From an uncultured Rhodobacteraceae bacterium (lineage in GTDB: Bacteria; Pseudomonadota; Alphaproteobacteria; Rhodobacterales; Rhodobacteraceae), in the NCBI GenBank assembly GCA_947496535.1, contig CANMDE010000009.1:15812-79811 (forward strand): DNA of 64,000 nt. Reading direction: 5' to 3'. Every line of letters begins with the position of its first letter. The first letter of the stretch is position 1. Positions 18,524-28,910 of this stretch are shown here, piece after piece. Below the pieces are notes generated by a model that did no database searches, had not been told where the DNA came from, and saw only the letters and a list, made by a program, of their open reading frames with translations. Both the position numbers and the translations under genes were made by a program.

Positions 18524-19336
18524 TCATTTCCGAATCTGATCGGCCAATGGCCAGTAAAAATCAGGTGGTATACCTGCCTCTGCTCGTTTTTCCTCGTTGA
18601 ATGGCGGTTTGAGTGCGCCGTGGAAGTAGCGTCGCACCAAGTCATGAAACACGCCTGTCGGGTCAAGGTCATGCCGTCCGCATAGAAAGTGGAACCATTT
18701 GGAGCCGTAGGCCACGTGATGCACCTCTTCGGCGTAGATCACTTCCAGCGCTTCGATGGCCTTGGTCATTTTGGCCTGTTTGAAAACCTTGATCATGCCG
18801 GGGGTGACATCAAGGCCGCGCGCCTCAAGCACCATGGGCACGACGGCCAAGCGCCCCATGAGATCGTCCACAGTGTCCTCTGCCGCCCGCCACATTCCGG
18901 CGTGGGCGGGCAATGCACCGTAGTAGCTTCCGAGGTCTTCCAGACAATCGCACATCAGGTTGAAGTGTTTGGATTCCTCGTCCGCTGATTTGACCCAATC
19001 GTCGTAAAACCCCATCGGCAGCTTGGTATCCGTGAAGCGGGCGATGATATCCCAATGCAGATCGACCGCGTTCAATTCGATATGGGCGACGGCATGGAGC
19101 AACGCGATCCGCCCCGCCTCGGTCCCCGGTTTGCGGTGGGGTACGTCGCGTGGGTTCAGAAGCTCAGGTTTGTCCGGACGTGCGGGGCGTAGCGGTGGCG
19201 TTGCTTTGCCAATGTCCGGCTGAGTTCCTGCCGCACGGGCATTTTGCCATTCGGCTGCGAATTTTCGTGATAGTGCGGTTTTTTCCCGACCGTCGGCAGT
19301 GTTCAGCACCGCCACCGCCATTTCTGAAAGCGTCAC
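18524..19336 (-). CDS. ferritin-like DUF455-family protein
   Basis: Sequence pattern (ALLHAVAHIELNAVDL, EARGLDVTP, EEVHHVAYG) fits the di-iron ferritin-like DUF455 family. GTG start overlaps the bcp stop. Confidence 0.7.
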   Translation of the reverse strand: MTLSEMAVAVLNTADGREKTALSRKFAAEWQNARAAGTQPDIGKATPPLRPARPDKPELLNPRDVPHRKPGTEAGRIALLHAVAHIELNAVDLHWDIIARFTDTKLPMGFYDDWVKSADEESKHFNLMCDCLEDLGSYYGALPAHAGMWRAAEDTVDDLMGRLAVVPMVLEARGLDVTPGMIKVFKQAKMTKAIEALEVIYAEEVHHVAYGSKWFHFLCGRHDLDPTGVFHDLVRRYFHGALKPPFNEEKRAEAGIPPDFYWPLADQIRK

Positions 19337-19800
19337 AGGCTGCGTACCGCATCAAGCACGGCTTCAACATGGCCGGGAACTTTCACCTTGCGCCATATCT
19401 GGGCAATTTTACCGTTGCTATCGATCAGGAAGGTCGTGCGTTCGATCCCCATATATTTCTTGCCATACATGGCTTTCTCGACCCAGACACCGTAACGCTC
19501 GCAGACATCGCCTTCTTCATCCGACAGCAGCGCTATTTTGAGATCGTGCTTGGCCACGAATTTGTCGTGTTTTTTGACCGGATCTTTTGAGACGCCCAGA
19601 ACGACGGTATTGAGATCTTCGAATGCTCCAATGGTTTCGGTGAAACCCAGCGCCTCTTTCGTGCAGCCGGAGGTGTCATCGCGTGGGTAGAAATAGAGGA
19701 CGACATTTTTGCCTTTAAAGTCGGACAGGCTGACGGTGTCACCGCCGTCGCGCGGCAGGCTGACATCTGGTGCGGGGTCGCCGAGATTGGGGCTGGTCAT
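19333..19800 (-). CDS. bcp: thiol peroxidase / peroxiredoxin Bcp
   Basis: VVLYFYPRDDTSGCTKEA peroxidatic-Cys motif. 155 aa. Confidence 0.9.
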   Translation of the reverse strand: MTSPNLGDPAPDVSLPRDGGDTVSLSDFKGKNVVLYFYPRDDTSGCTKEALGFTETIGAFEDLNTVVLGVSKDPVKKHDKFVAKHDLKIALLSDEEGDVCERYGVWVEKAMYGKKYMGIERTTFLIDSNGKIAQIWRKVKVPGHVEAVLDAVRSL

Positions 19801-19904
19801 GGGCTTTCCTTTTCGCTGTCTGCAATTCGTGGTTTTGTTTTAGTGCGACACGCGCGAAGATAAAGGCGCTTCTTTGGCGGCAAACCTTTTGCCTTTGACG
19901 GGTC

Positions 19905-22900
19905 ATGACAAAAACAAATCGAAAAGCACCTCAGCAGGCCACCAAGCCGCAAACCAAAGGGAAGCCGCAACAGCGGGTCCGGGGCAAGACCCGGCGCCAT
20001 GTGTGGTTTCATTTGCGCGCCGCTTGGCTGATTTTCATGGTGCCGCTGATTTTTCTGATCGCCGCTGCCATCATGATCATTGACCGCGATATCACCGCGC
20101 CCAGTTGGGTTGTGTCGCGGATTGAGGAACGTGCACAGACTGTTTTGAACGGCGGTCGTCTGCAGTTTGGCGAGATTTTTATCCGCATCGGGTCTGATCT
20201 TCATCCCCGTATTCGTTTGGTTGACACGCAGCTTTATGACGAGAGCGGTCTAACGATAGCCCGCATTCCGTCGGTTGATGGCTTGGTGTCCCCGCGCGGC
20301 ATCATCTTTAAGCGCGAGATGTTGTTCCAGGAGGTCGCATTGAGCGGTGCGCAGATCAATCTACGCCGTGCCGGTGATGGGTCAGTCTCGCTAGCCTTTG
20401 GGTCTGGTGCCGGGGAGGTGGGACAGGCCGGATCATTGCCGGAATTGTTAGATCAGGCGGATCAGGTGTTCGAACGTCCGGCACTTGAGGCGCTGGAAAC
20501 CATTCATGCGGATGGTTTGATTGTGAATTTCGACGATGCGCGCGCTGGCCGTAGCTGGATCGTCGATGGGGGTGTTCTGGACCTTGATCTGCGGGAAAAC
20601 CAGACTGTCTTGCAGGGGGATTTTTCCCTGCTGTCGGGTCGTGCCGGTGTCACCACCGTTGGTTTGTTTTATGCCAGCCCGCGCGGCAGTCGTGCGTCGA
20701 CGATCAATGTGAACCTGAATGATGCGATTGCCAGTGACGTGGCATCACAGTCACCGGCGCTCAGCTGGCTTGCCGAGGTTGATGCGCCGGTATCTATTGC
20801 ACTGCGGACAGAGTTGGATGAGGCGGGCGCATTGGGTCCGCTGGATGCCTCGCTTGATATTGGTGCGGGTGCGTTGCAACCCAACCCAGCCACCAGGCCG
20901 GTAAGTTTTGATGGGGTGAAAGCCTTGCTGACCTATCAGCCCGCACGGCACCGAATTGCGTTTACGAATGTGGAAGTTGACGGTGAGTGGGGGCATGTTG
21001 AGGCTGCTGGTGAGGCGTATTTACGCCAGTTCGCCAACGGTTTACCCCAAAGCATGTTGGGACAGTTGAGGTTTAGTAACGTCAGCTTGAACCCGGCGGA
21101 GCTATACCCCGCGCCGCTGTCTATACCGCAGGCGGCTGTGGATTTGCGTCTGCGCCTTGACCCTTTTGCCATCGATATTGGTCAGGTCGTCATGACCGAC
21201 GGGGCTACGCAACTGTCCGCCTCTGGCGATGTACAGGCCACGCCAGAAGGTTGGCGTGTCGCGATTGATGCGAGCGCGGACGAGATCAGCCCGGCGAAGG
21301 TTTTGGGTTTCTGGCCGCCATCCTTTAAGCCGGGCTCCCGCCGGTGGGTGGAAAACAACATCACCGCGGGGCGCCTTTTCGATATTACAGCAGGTTTGCG
21401 TATTGCCCATGACACTCCTCGTAAGGTCGCCGTTGGATTTGAGTTTGAAAATGCAGGTGTTCGCTTTATGCGCCGGATGCCTCCGATCAGCGGGGGGCGT
21501 GGCATATTTTCCCTGATCGACAATGAAATGGTTATCAGTGCGGACGGTGGCGTTGTCTCGGCCGCACAGGGTGGTCAGCTGGACATTGGCGGTAGCGTGT
21601 TCTCGATCCCGGATATCCGTGTTCGGGACGCCCCAGCGGAGCTTGATCTGGCGGCGGACGGCACCGTGACAGCGGTTTTGTCGATGTTGAACCAACCGCC
21701 GTTTGAGTTTCTCGACAAGGCCGGTCGTCCGGTCACGCTGGCGGATGGACGTGCGGCGGTTTCAGGCGAGTTGCGGTTCCCGCTCAAGGGCGGGATGACG
21801 CCTGATGAGTTATTTTTCGATGTGGGAGCGGATGTTCGGTCGGTACGAAGTGAGACTTTGATCTCTGGCCGGACCATAGCAGCGTCACGGATGTCGGTGC
21901 GGGCTGACCGCGCTGGTCTGACAATTGCGGGACCGGTGCGCGTTGGTGCGGTGCCAATGGATGCGATTTGGGAAAAGAAGTTCGGTGCTGAATTTGCCGG
22001 TAGCAGCGAACTGCGCGCTGATGTCAGGCTATCGCAGGACTTTCTGGACGAGTTCGGTATTGCTTTGCCGTCCGGCACCGTCGCGGGTGAGACTGTTGGG
22101 CAATTGCAGATGGCGCTGGTACAGGACCGCGCACCGACATTTAGGCTGACATCTGATTTGCGTGGTGCCCGTTTGGTGCTTCCTGCTGTCGGATGGTCAA
22201 AAGCGGCGCGGACGCAGGGGGAGTTGCGGGTCGTGGGCCGGTTGGGGGCTGCGCCAGAAATCAGTGAGCTATCCATCAGCGGCGGCGGCTTGTCAGCGCA
22301 AGGTAGGATTACTTTTGACGGGGGCCGTTTGGATGCCGCACAGTTTAGTCGGGTCCGTTTGGGGAACTGGTTGGATGCGCCGATTACCTTGCGGGGGCGT
22401 GGCTCTGGTCAGACCGTCGGTGTTGAGATTGATGGCGGCAAGATTGATCTGCGACAGGCCAGTTTTGGCGCTTCAGATGGCGAGGGGGGGCCAGTCACGA
22501 TCGCGCTTGACCGGTTGCAAGTGACCGAAGGGATCAGTCTGACAGGGTTCCGTGGTGACTTTAACGGAGCGGGAGGCTTTTCCGGCCAGTTTCAGGCGCA
22601 GGTCAATGGTGAGACAGCTGTGCGCGGCACGGTGGCACCTCGCAATGGACGCTCTGCCGTGCGGATCGTCAGTGATGATGCGGGGGGCGTGATGCGTGCC
22701 GCCGGATTCCTGCGCAACGCTTTTGGCGGATCTTTTGATCTGACCTTGTTGCCCGCAGGCGGTGAGGGGACGTTTGATGGTATACTGGCCATGCGATCCT
22801 TGCGTGTCCGTGACGCGCCCGCGATTGCATCCCTGTTGGACGCGATCAGCGTTGTGGGGCTTTTGCAGCAGTTGGACGGGCAGGGGTTGTCCTTTGATGG

Positions 22901-23225
22901 GGTGGATGCGCGGTTTCGTCTTGATCCGACGCAGGTGACTGTGACGGAGGCCAGCGCGGTTGGTCCCGGTCTTGGCATTTCGCTGGATGGGATTTACACG
23001 CTGGCCAGTAAGCAAATGGATTTCCAAGGCGTCGTGTCCCCGTTTTATCTGGTCAACAGTATCGGATCGGTCCTGACCCGCAGGGGCGAGGGGTTGATCG
23101 GTTTCAATTTCACCTTGGTCGGGCCGGTGAATAATCCGCGCGTGGGTGTCAATCCGCTGTCCGTTTTCACGCCGGGAATGTTCCGCGATATTTTCCGCAG
23201 GCCCGCGCCAGAGGTGAGCCAATGA
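19905..23225 (+). CDS. large AsmA-like / DUF3971-type envelope protein
   Basis: 1106 aa. Basic N-terminus followed by a single TM helix ([18 protein letters not shown]), then a long beta-rich Gly/Ala/Asp repetitive body and a conserved C-terminal region ([12 protein letters not shown]). Confidence 0.65.
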   Translation: MTKTNRKAPQQATKPQTKGKPQQRVRGKTRRHVWFHLRAAWLIFMVPLIFLIAAAIMIIDRDITAPSWVVSRIEERAQTVLNGGRLQFGEIFIRIGSDLHPRIRLVDTQLYDESGLTIARIPSVDGLVSPRGIIFKREMLFQEVALSGAQINLRRAGDGSVSLAFGSGAGEVGQAGSLPELLDQADQVFERPALEALETIHADGLIVNFDDARAGRSWIVDGGVLDLDLRENQTVLQGDFSLLSGRAGVTTVGLFYASPRGSRASTINVNLNDAIASDVASQSPALSWLAEVDAPVSIALRTELDEAGALGPLDASLDIGAGALQPNPATRPVSFDGVKALLTYQPARHRIAFTNVEVDGEWGHVEAAGEAYLRQFANGLPQSMLGQLRFSNVSLNPAELYPAPLSIPQAAVDLRLRLDPFAIDIGQVVMTDGATQLSASGDVQATPEGWRVAIDASADEISPAKVLGFWPPSFKPGSRRWVENNITAGRLFDITAGLRIAHDTPRKVAVGFEFENAGVRFMRRMPPISGGRGIFSLIDNEMVISADGGVVSAAQGGQLDIGGSVFSIPDIRVRDAPAELDLAADGTVTAVLSMLNQPPFEFLDKAGRPVTLADGRAAVSGELRFPLKGGMTPDELFFDVGADVRSVRSETLISGRTIAASRMSVRADRAGLTIAGPVRVGAVPMDAIWEKKFGAEFAGSSELRADVRLSQDFLDEFGIALPSGTVAGETVGQLQMALVQDRAPTFRLTSDLRGARLVLPAVGWSKAARTQGELRVVGRLGAAPEISELSISGGGLSAQGRITFDGGRLDAAQFSRVRLGNWLDAPITLRGRGSGQTVGVEIDGGKIDLRQASFGASDGEGGPVTIALDRLQVTEGISLTGFRGDFNGAGGFSGQFQAQVNGETAVRGTVAPRNGRSAVRIVSDDAGGVMRAAGFLRNAFGGSFDLTLLPAGGEGTFDGILAMRSLRVRDAPAIASLLDAISVVGLLQQLDGQGLSFDGVDARFRLDPTQVTVTEASAVGPGLGISLDGIYTLASKQMDFQGVVSPFYLVNSIGSVLTRRGEGLIGFNFTLVGPVNNPRVGVNPLSVFTPGMFRDIFRRPAPEVSQ

Positions 23226-24277
23226 AGCTGAGCGATTTCGATTTTGAGTTGCCGGAGCATCTGATTGCGGTGCGCCCTGCGCGACCCCGGTCGTCTGCCC
23301 GGCTGCTATTGGCTGAACAGGGCGGCATTGCTGATCGGATCGTGTCGGATTTGCCTGATATACTGCGCCCCGGTGACAGGCTGGTTTTGAATGACACCAA
23401 GGTTATTCCGGCCCGGCTGTCCGGGCTGCGCCATCGGACGGGTGAGGCAGGAGAGACGGCTGCCCGGATCGAAGTGACGTTATTAGAGCCGCAGCCGGAT
23501 GGGGCTTGGTCTGCCCTCGTGAAGCCACTGAAGAAAGTGCGCGATGGCGAGGTTATCGTTTTTTCCGAAGAGCTGTCGGCGACGGTTGTCGCGCGGATTG
23601 ATGGGCAGGCAGTATTGAAGTTCAACATTGGTGGTGATGATTTTGATGCCGCACTGGCTGAGGTCGGTGCTATGCCTTTGCCACCCTACATTGCCGCAAA
23701 GCGCCCGGCTGACGATGCCGACAAGAACGATTATCAGACACATTGGGCGCGTTTTCCGGGCGCCGTGGCAGCCCCGACTGCATCATTGCATTTTGATGGT
23801 CCCTTGTTGGAAACGCTGGCTGCGTCTGGTGTCAGCTTGACACATGTGACGCTGCATGTGGGGGCGGGGACGTTTTTGCCGGTGAAGGTCGAAGATATCA
23901 GCAAGCACAAGATGCATGCTGAATGGGGTGAGGTCACCCCGGAGGCAGCCGCAGAGATTAACGCCACCAAAGCGCAGGGCGGTCGCGTGATCCCGGTGGG
24001 GACAACCGCACTTCGCCTGATTGAAAGCGCGGCCAGAGGCGGCGATTTGCATTCGTGGACTGGACCGACCGACATCTTCATCGCGCCGGGGTTTGAGTTT
24101 CAGATCGCTGATGGGCTGATGACCAATTTTCATCTGCCCAAATCGACGCTGATGATGCTTGTGTCCGCGTTTATGGGGGTCGGTCGGATGCGCGAGATTT
24201 ATGAACACGCCATTCGATCCGAGTATCGTTTCTTTTCTTATGGTGACGCGTCGCTTTTGCTACCAAAGGGCGCGTAA
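23222..24277 (+). CDS. queA: S-adenosylmethionine:tRNA ribosyltransferase-isomerase
   Basis: [17 protein letters not shown]-terminus, GTTALR, and the FFSYGDA C-terminus. ATGA overlap with the upstream gene. Confidence 0.92.
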   Translation: MKLSDFDFELPEHLIAVRPARPRSSARLLLAEQGGIADRIVSDLPDILRPGDRLVLNDTKVIPARLSGLRHRTGEAGETAARIEVTLLEPQPDGAWSALVKPLKKVRDGEVIVFSEELSATVVARIDGQAVLKFNIGGDDFDAALAEVGAMPLPPYIAAKRPADDADKNDYQTHWARFPGAVAAPTASLHFDGPLLETLAASGVSLTHVTLHVGAGTFLPVKVEDISKHKMHAEWGEVTPEAAAEINATKAQGGRVIPVGTTALRLIESAARGGDLHSWTGPTDIFIAPGFEFQIADGLMTNFHLPKSTLMMLVSAFMGVGRMREIYEHAIRSEYRFFSYGDASLLLPKGA

Positions 24278-24371
24278 ACGGACGGCTTTCGCGACCCGCT
24301 CTGTCGCAAAGGGAGCAGACAAGCCAAACCATCCATTCTACCAAGTTTCCACCAGTCAGAAGGTCATCACC

Positions 24372-25649
24372 ATGATACAGGTTTTCACCGGCTCTTGGGC
24401 GCTTTTCCTAGGTATGTTTTTGTTGATGGTCGGCAACGGCCTGCAAGGCACGTTGTTGGGACTGAGGGGCGATCTGGAAGGGTTCAGCACGTTTGCCCTT
24501 TCAGTTGTTATGTCGGCCTATTTTGTGGGGTTTTTGATCAGTTCTCGTATCACGCCGGAATTGATCCGCCGTGTCGGACATATTCGTGTGTTTGCCGCCC
24601 TTGGGTCACTGATTTCTGCGGTGCTGATCAGCTATCCGGTTCTGGTTGAGCCATGGGCCTGGTCCATTGGCCGAGTTATTATCGGGTTTTGCTTTTGCGG
24701 GGTTTACGTGACTGCCGAAAGCTGGCTGAACGATGCGTCGTCCAATGAGACACGCGGCAAGTCTCTGTCATTATATATGATCGTGCAGATGGCAGGCATC
24801 GTGTTTGCCCAGTGGATTGTCAGCCAGGGCGATGTATCCGGTTACATCTTGTTCATTATCCCGTCGATCCTTGTATCGCTTGCCTTTGCACCCATCCTGT
24901 TGGCGGTTCGGCCGATGCCGGCATTTGAAACCACCAAGCCAATGAAGATCAAAGAAGTGATCGAGGCGTCGCCGCTGGCCTGTGTTGGTATGTTCATGTT
25001 GGGTGGCGTGTTTGCGGCGCAGTTTGGGATGTCGGCTGTTTACGGCAATCGCGTCGGTCTGACGGTTGGTGAGATTTCATTCTTCATCTCGGCTATCTAT
25101 GTTTCTGCCCTTGTGCTGCAGTGGCCTATTGGCTGGTTGTCGGACCGCATGGACCGCCGCGTTTTGATCATCTGGATTTCGCTTATTGGTGGGGCTGGAT
25201 CGTTGATTGCATTTCTGATCCCCGGTCACTTTGCCTTGATCGTTTTCAGCGGTGCCGTGGTTGGTGGTATGTCGAACCCGCTTTACGCGCTGCTGCTTGC
25301 CTACGCCAATGACTATCTCGAAAGGGAAGACATGGCTGCCGCCTCTGGCGGGTTGCTGTTTATCAATGGCCTTGGTGCCATTCTGGGTCCGCTGATCGTG
25401 GGCTCGATGATGGACCTGATCGGCAACAACGGGTTCTGGTTATTCACGGCGGTGTTGATGTTCGCTGTCGCTCTGTATGGCACCTACCGTACGACCCAGC
25501 GGAGCCGCAGTGATATTGACACAGATGCTGTGCCTTATGCTGCGGTCTCGGCATCGTCGACACCTGTTTTGGCGGAGGTGGCCCAAGAGGTTTACATCGA
25601 GGCCGAAGAGGAAGCAGTTGAGGCGGAAAACGCCGCTGAAGCGTCTTAA
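24372..25649 (+). CDS. MFS transporter
   Basis: About 12 hydrophobic helices. Motif-A-like GWLSDRMDRRVL. The internal ATG at 24372 removes an overlap of more than 100 nt with queA. Confidence 0.8.
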   Translation: MIQVFTGSWALFLGMFLLMVGNGLQGTLLGLRGDLEGFSTFALSVVMSAYFVGFLISSRITPELIRRVGHIRVFAALGSLISAVLISYPVLVEPWAWSIGRVIIGFCFCGVYVTAESWLNDASSNETRGKSLSLYMIVQMAGIVFAQWIVSQGDVSGYILFIIPSILVSLAFAPILLAVRPMPAFETTKPMKIKEVIEASPLACVGMFMLGGVFAAQFGMSAVYGNRVGLTVGEISFFISAIYVSALVLQWPIGWLSDRMDRRVLIIWISLIGGAGSLIAFLIPGHFALIVFSGAVVGGMSNPLYALLLAYANDYLEREDMAAASGGLLFINGLGAILGPLIVGSMMDLIGNNGFWLFTAVLMFAVALYGTYRTTQRSRSDIDTDAVPYAAVSASSTPVLAEVAQEVYIEAEEEAVEAENAAEAS

Positions 25650-25715
25650 CTCTTGTCACGCTAATGCTTCTCTGCTTGGCTGACCCTGGGGGAGGCGCGT
25701 TGAGGAGTAAGCGGT

Positions 25716-26297
25716 GTGATCAGCCCGGAAGAAGTTTTGGCGTTTTGGCTGGATGAGATCGGCCCAGACGGCTGGTATAAGGCCGACCCGGCTCTGGACG
25801 ATGAGATCCGCAAGCGGTTTGGGGCTGCCTGGCAGGAAGCAATCGACGGGGCCTATGGTCTTTGGTTGACCTATCCTTCTGGTACGCTGGCTTATATTAT
25901 CCTGACCGATCAGTTTTCCCGAAATATGTTCCGCGATGATGCTCGCGCGTTCGCCACTGATAAACCGGCGCTGGCCGCTGCAAAGATGGCGATCGAACGT
26001 GACTGGGACATGAAGATTGATGAACCGGCCCGGCAGTTTTTCTATTTGCCGCTGATGCATTCCGAAAATCTGGTCGATCAGGACCGCGCGGTGCGTTTGA
26101 TCCATGCGCGGATGCCCGAGCATGGTGGGAATAACAAGGGACATGCTTGCGCCCATCGGGCGGTTATTCGGGAGTTTGGGCGGTTTCCATATAGAAACAA
26201 GGCTTTGGGTCGAAAGACGATGGAAGCTGAGCAAGCATTTCTTGATGAAGGTGGTTATGGAGCAGCTTACCGTCGGCAAATGGAAAAGTCGCAATAG
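25716..26297 (+). CDS. DUF924-family protein
   Basis: EEVLAFWLDE ... ILTDQFSRNMFRD pattern typical of DUF924. GTG start. Confidence 0.7.
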   Translation: MISPEEVLAFWLDEIGPDGWYKADPALDDEIRKRFGAAWQEAIDGAYGLWLTYPSGTLAYIILTDQFSRNMFRDDARAFATDKPALAAAKMAIERDWDMKIDEPARQFFYLPLMHSENLVDQDRAVRLIHARMPEHGGNNKGHACAHRAVIREFGRFPYRNKALGRKTMEAEQAFLDEGGYGAAYRRQMEKSQ

Positions 26298-26399
26298 CGG
26301 TTCTTGCGCTTAACGGATAGCTGCTATGCCAGTGGCCCCCTAGAGGTCGCTATGAAAATAGTTTAGTGTTCAACTAAATTGAATCTGGAGGGCTGCTGC

Positions 26400-27794
26400 A
26401 TGGCTGCGAAGAACTTTGACTTGATCGTTATTGGTGCGGGACCAGGTGGTTATGTGGCTGCGATCCGGGCTGCGCAGCTCGGTATGAATGTCGTGGTGGT
26501 TGAGCGTGAGCATCTGGGTGGCATCTGCCTGAACTGGGGCTGCATTCCGACCAAGGCGATGCTGCGATCATCCGAGGTTTTCCATCTGATGCACCGGGCC
26601 AAAGACTTTGGTCTGAAGGCGAGCGACGTCGACTATGATCTTGGTGCTGTCGTCAAGCGCAGCCGCGATGTGGCCGGTCAGCTTTCCGGCGGTGTGGGCC
26701 ACCTGCTGAAGAAAAACAAAGTGACCGTGATCATGGGTGAGGCGACGGTCACCGCCAAGGGCAAGGTCAGCGTGAAGGGTGATAAAGGGGCAGAAGAACT
26801 GACCGCCAAGAACATCATTCTTGCCACAGGTGCCCGTGCGCGGGAATTGCCAGGGCTTGAAGCGGATGGCGATTTGGTTTGGACTTATAAGCACGCGCTC
26901 AATCCCCCGCGGATGCCGAAAAAGCTGCTGGTCATCGGTTCGGGCGCGATTGGCATCGAGTTTGCTAGTTTCTACAACACTTTGGGTTCCGAGACGACCG
27001 TTGTGGAGGTCATGGACCGTGTGCTGCCAGTCGAAGACGCTGAGATTTCGGCTTTTGCCAAGAAGCAATTCGTCAAGCAGGGCATGAAGATCATGGAGAA
27101 ATCCATGGTCAAGAAATTGGATCGTGCCAAGGGTAAAGTGACGGCCCATATCGAGACGGGCGGTAAGGTTGAAAAACAGGAATTTGACACGGTCATCAGC
27201 GCGGTCGGGATTGTCGGAAACGTCGAGGGGCTGGGCCTAGAAGCGCTGGGCGTGAAGGTGGACCGGACCCATGTGGTGACGGATGAGTATTGCCGCACGG
27301 GTATCGAAGGCCTTTATGCGATTGGTGACATCGCGGGTGCCCCCTGGCTTGCGCATAAGGCTAGTCATGAAGGTGTAATGGTCGCTGAACTTATTGCTGG
27401 CAAACATGCTCATCCGGTTAAGCCGGAAAGCATCGCAGGCTGCACCTATTGCAATCCGCAGGTGGCATCGGTTGGCTATTCCGAAGCCAAAGCAAAAGAG
27501 CTTGGATATGACATCAAGGTTGGTCGTTTTCCCTTTATTGGCAACGGCAAGGCCATCGCATTGGGCGAACCGGAAGGTATGGTAAAGACGGTGTTTGACG
27601 CCAAAACTGGCGAACTTCTGGGGGCTCATATGGTTGGGGCAGAGGTGACTGAGTTGATCCAGGGTTATGTGGTCGGTCGCCAACTGGAAACCACCGAGGA
27701 AGACCTGATGCATGCTGTATTCCCGCATCCGACATTATCAGAGATGATGCATGAAAGCGTGCTGGACGCGTATGGGCGAGCCATTCATTTTTAG
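26400..27794 (+). CDS. lpdA: dihydrolipoyl dehydrogenase
   Basis: GAGPGGY FAD motif, redox disulfide CLNWGCIPTK, and the C-terminal HPTLSE interface motif. ATG 26400 is preceded by GGAGGG. Confidence 0.9.
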   Translation: MAAKNFDLIVIGAGPGGYVAAIRAAQLGMNVVVVEREHLGGICLNWGCIPTKAMLRSSEVFHLMHRAKDFGLKASDVDYDLGAVVKRSRDVAGQLSGGVGHLLKKNKVTVIMGEATVTAKGKVSVKGDKGAEELTAKNIILATGARARELPGLEADGDLVWTYKHALNPPRMPKKLLVIGSGAIGIEFASFYNTLGSETTVVEVMDRVLPVEDAEISAFAKKQFVKQGMKIMEKSMVKKLDRAKGKVTAHIETGGKVEKQEFDTVISAVGIVGNVEGLGLEALGVKVDRTHVVTDEYCRTGIEGLYAIGDIAGAPWLAHKASHEGVMVAELIAGKHAHPVKPESIAGCTYCNPQVASVGYSEAKAKELGYDIKVGRFPFIGNGKAIALGEPEGMVKTVFDAKTGELLGAHMVGAEVTELIQGYVVGRQLETTEEDLMHAVFPHPTLSEMMHESVLDAYGRAIHF

Positions 27795-27823
27795 GCTTAA
27801 GTCGGGTTAGGGCGGCGGTTTCG

Positions 27824-28780
27824 ATGACAGATCATGGCTATGAGACAGGGCGATTGAATCTGCCGTTTGTCGGCATCTGCACCTTTGGCAAATACCCTTA
27901 TGTGGCTGATTGGGACGCAATTGAAGCTGATGTTGCGGTCATGGGCGCACCGCTAGATTTTGGCACGCAGTGGCGCGCTGGTGCGCGGATGGGTCCACGA
28001 GGGATCAGGGAAGCCTCGACCTTGTTTTCCTTTGGTCATGCCGGCGCTTATGACCATGAAGATGATGTGACTTATCTGGACCCGGCGAAGGTCACGATAG
28101 TCGATATCGGTGATGCCGACATCGTGCATACCGATACCGTGCAAAGCCATGCAAATATCGCCTTTGGTGTCCGCAAGATGCTTGAAGCTGGGGCCTTACC
28201 GGTTGTCATGGGCGGCGATCATTCGATTAATATCCCCTGTATCGACGCGTTTGAGGGACACGGTCCGCTGCATGTTGTGCAAATCGATGCGCATCTGGAT
28301 TTTGTGGATGAACGCCATGGCGTCCGGTATGGTCATGGCAATCCGATGCGGCGTGCGGCTGAGAAATCCTACGTGACTGGGTTGAGCCAGTTTGGCATCC
28401 GCAATGTGTCCTCTACCGCCAAGGATGGGTATGATGATGCCCGCCGTATGGGATCGGATATCCAGTCCGTGCGCCAGTTTCGTAAGCTGGGTGTTGATGC
28501 GATGTTGGAGCGGGTTCCGGCAGGTGAGCGATATTATGTGACGATTGATATCGACGCATTTGATCCGTCGATAGCCCCGGGAACAGGCACGCCCAGCCAT
28601 GGCGGCTTTCTATATTACGAGGCGCTGGAGTTTCTTGACGGACTGACCAAGCGTGGGCAAGTGGTCGGGATTGATCTGGTTGAGGTTGCCCCGGACTATG
28701 ATCCAACCGGGGGGACATCAATATTGGCTGCGCAGCTTTTGATGAATTTCATTGGCCGGGTTTTACATAATCATTCCTAG
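27824..28780 (+). CDS. agmatinase/ureohydrolase-family enzyme
   Basis: Mn-binding motifs GGDHSI, DAHLD and DIDAFDP. The exact guanidino substrate cannot be told from the sequence. Confidence 0.85.
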   Translation: MTDHGYETGRLNLPFVGICTFGKYPYVADWDAIEADVAVMGAPLDFGTQWRAGARMGPRGIREASTLFSFGHAGAYDHEDDVTYLDPAKVTIVDIGDADIVHTDTVQSHANIAFGVRKMLEAGALPVVMGGDHSINIPCIDAFEGHGPLHVVQIDAHLDFVDERHGVRYGHGNPMRRAAEKSYVTGLSQFGIRNVSSTAKDGYDDARRMGSDIQSVRQFRKLGVDAMLERVPAGERYYVTIDIDAFDPSIAPGTGTPSHGGFLYYEALEFLDGLTKRGQVVGIDLVEVAPDYDPTGGTSILAAQLLMNFIGRVLHNHS

Positions 28781-28830
28781 ACCCGGTTTCCTTACCGATT
28801 CAGTGAATGCGGGATAAAAACCTTTTCTAT

Positions 28831-28845
28831 GTTCATGAATTGTTC
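28831..28845. promoter_or_regulatory. alphaproteobacterial LexA (SOS) box GTTC-N7-GTTC
   Basis: GTTCatgaattGTTC lies 66 nt upstream of the uvrA ATG. It is an exact match to the direct-repeat consensus. Confidence 0.7.
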
Positions 28846-28910
28846 CATAAGTGGGGTGGCGGAAATGGTGATCGCTGCTATCTGTTGATTCAGTTGCCCT
28901 GGGGGTCAGA

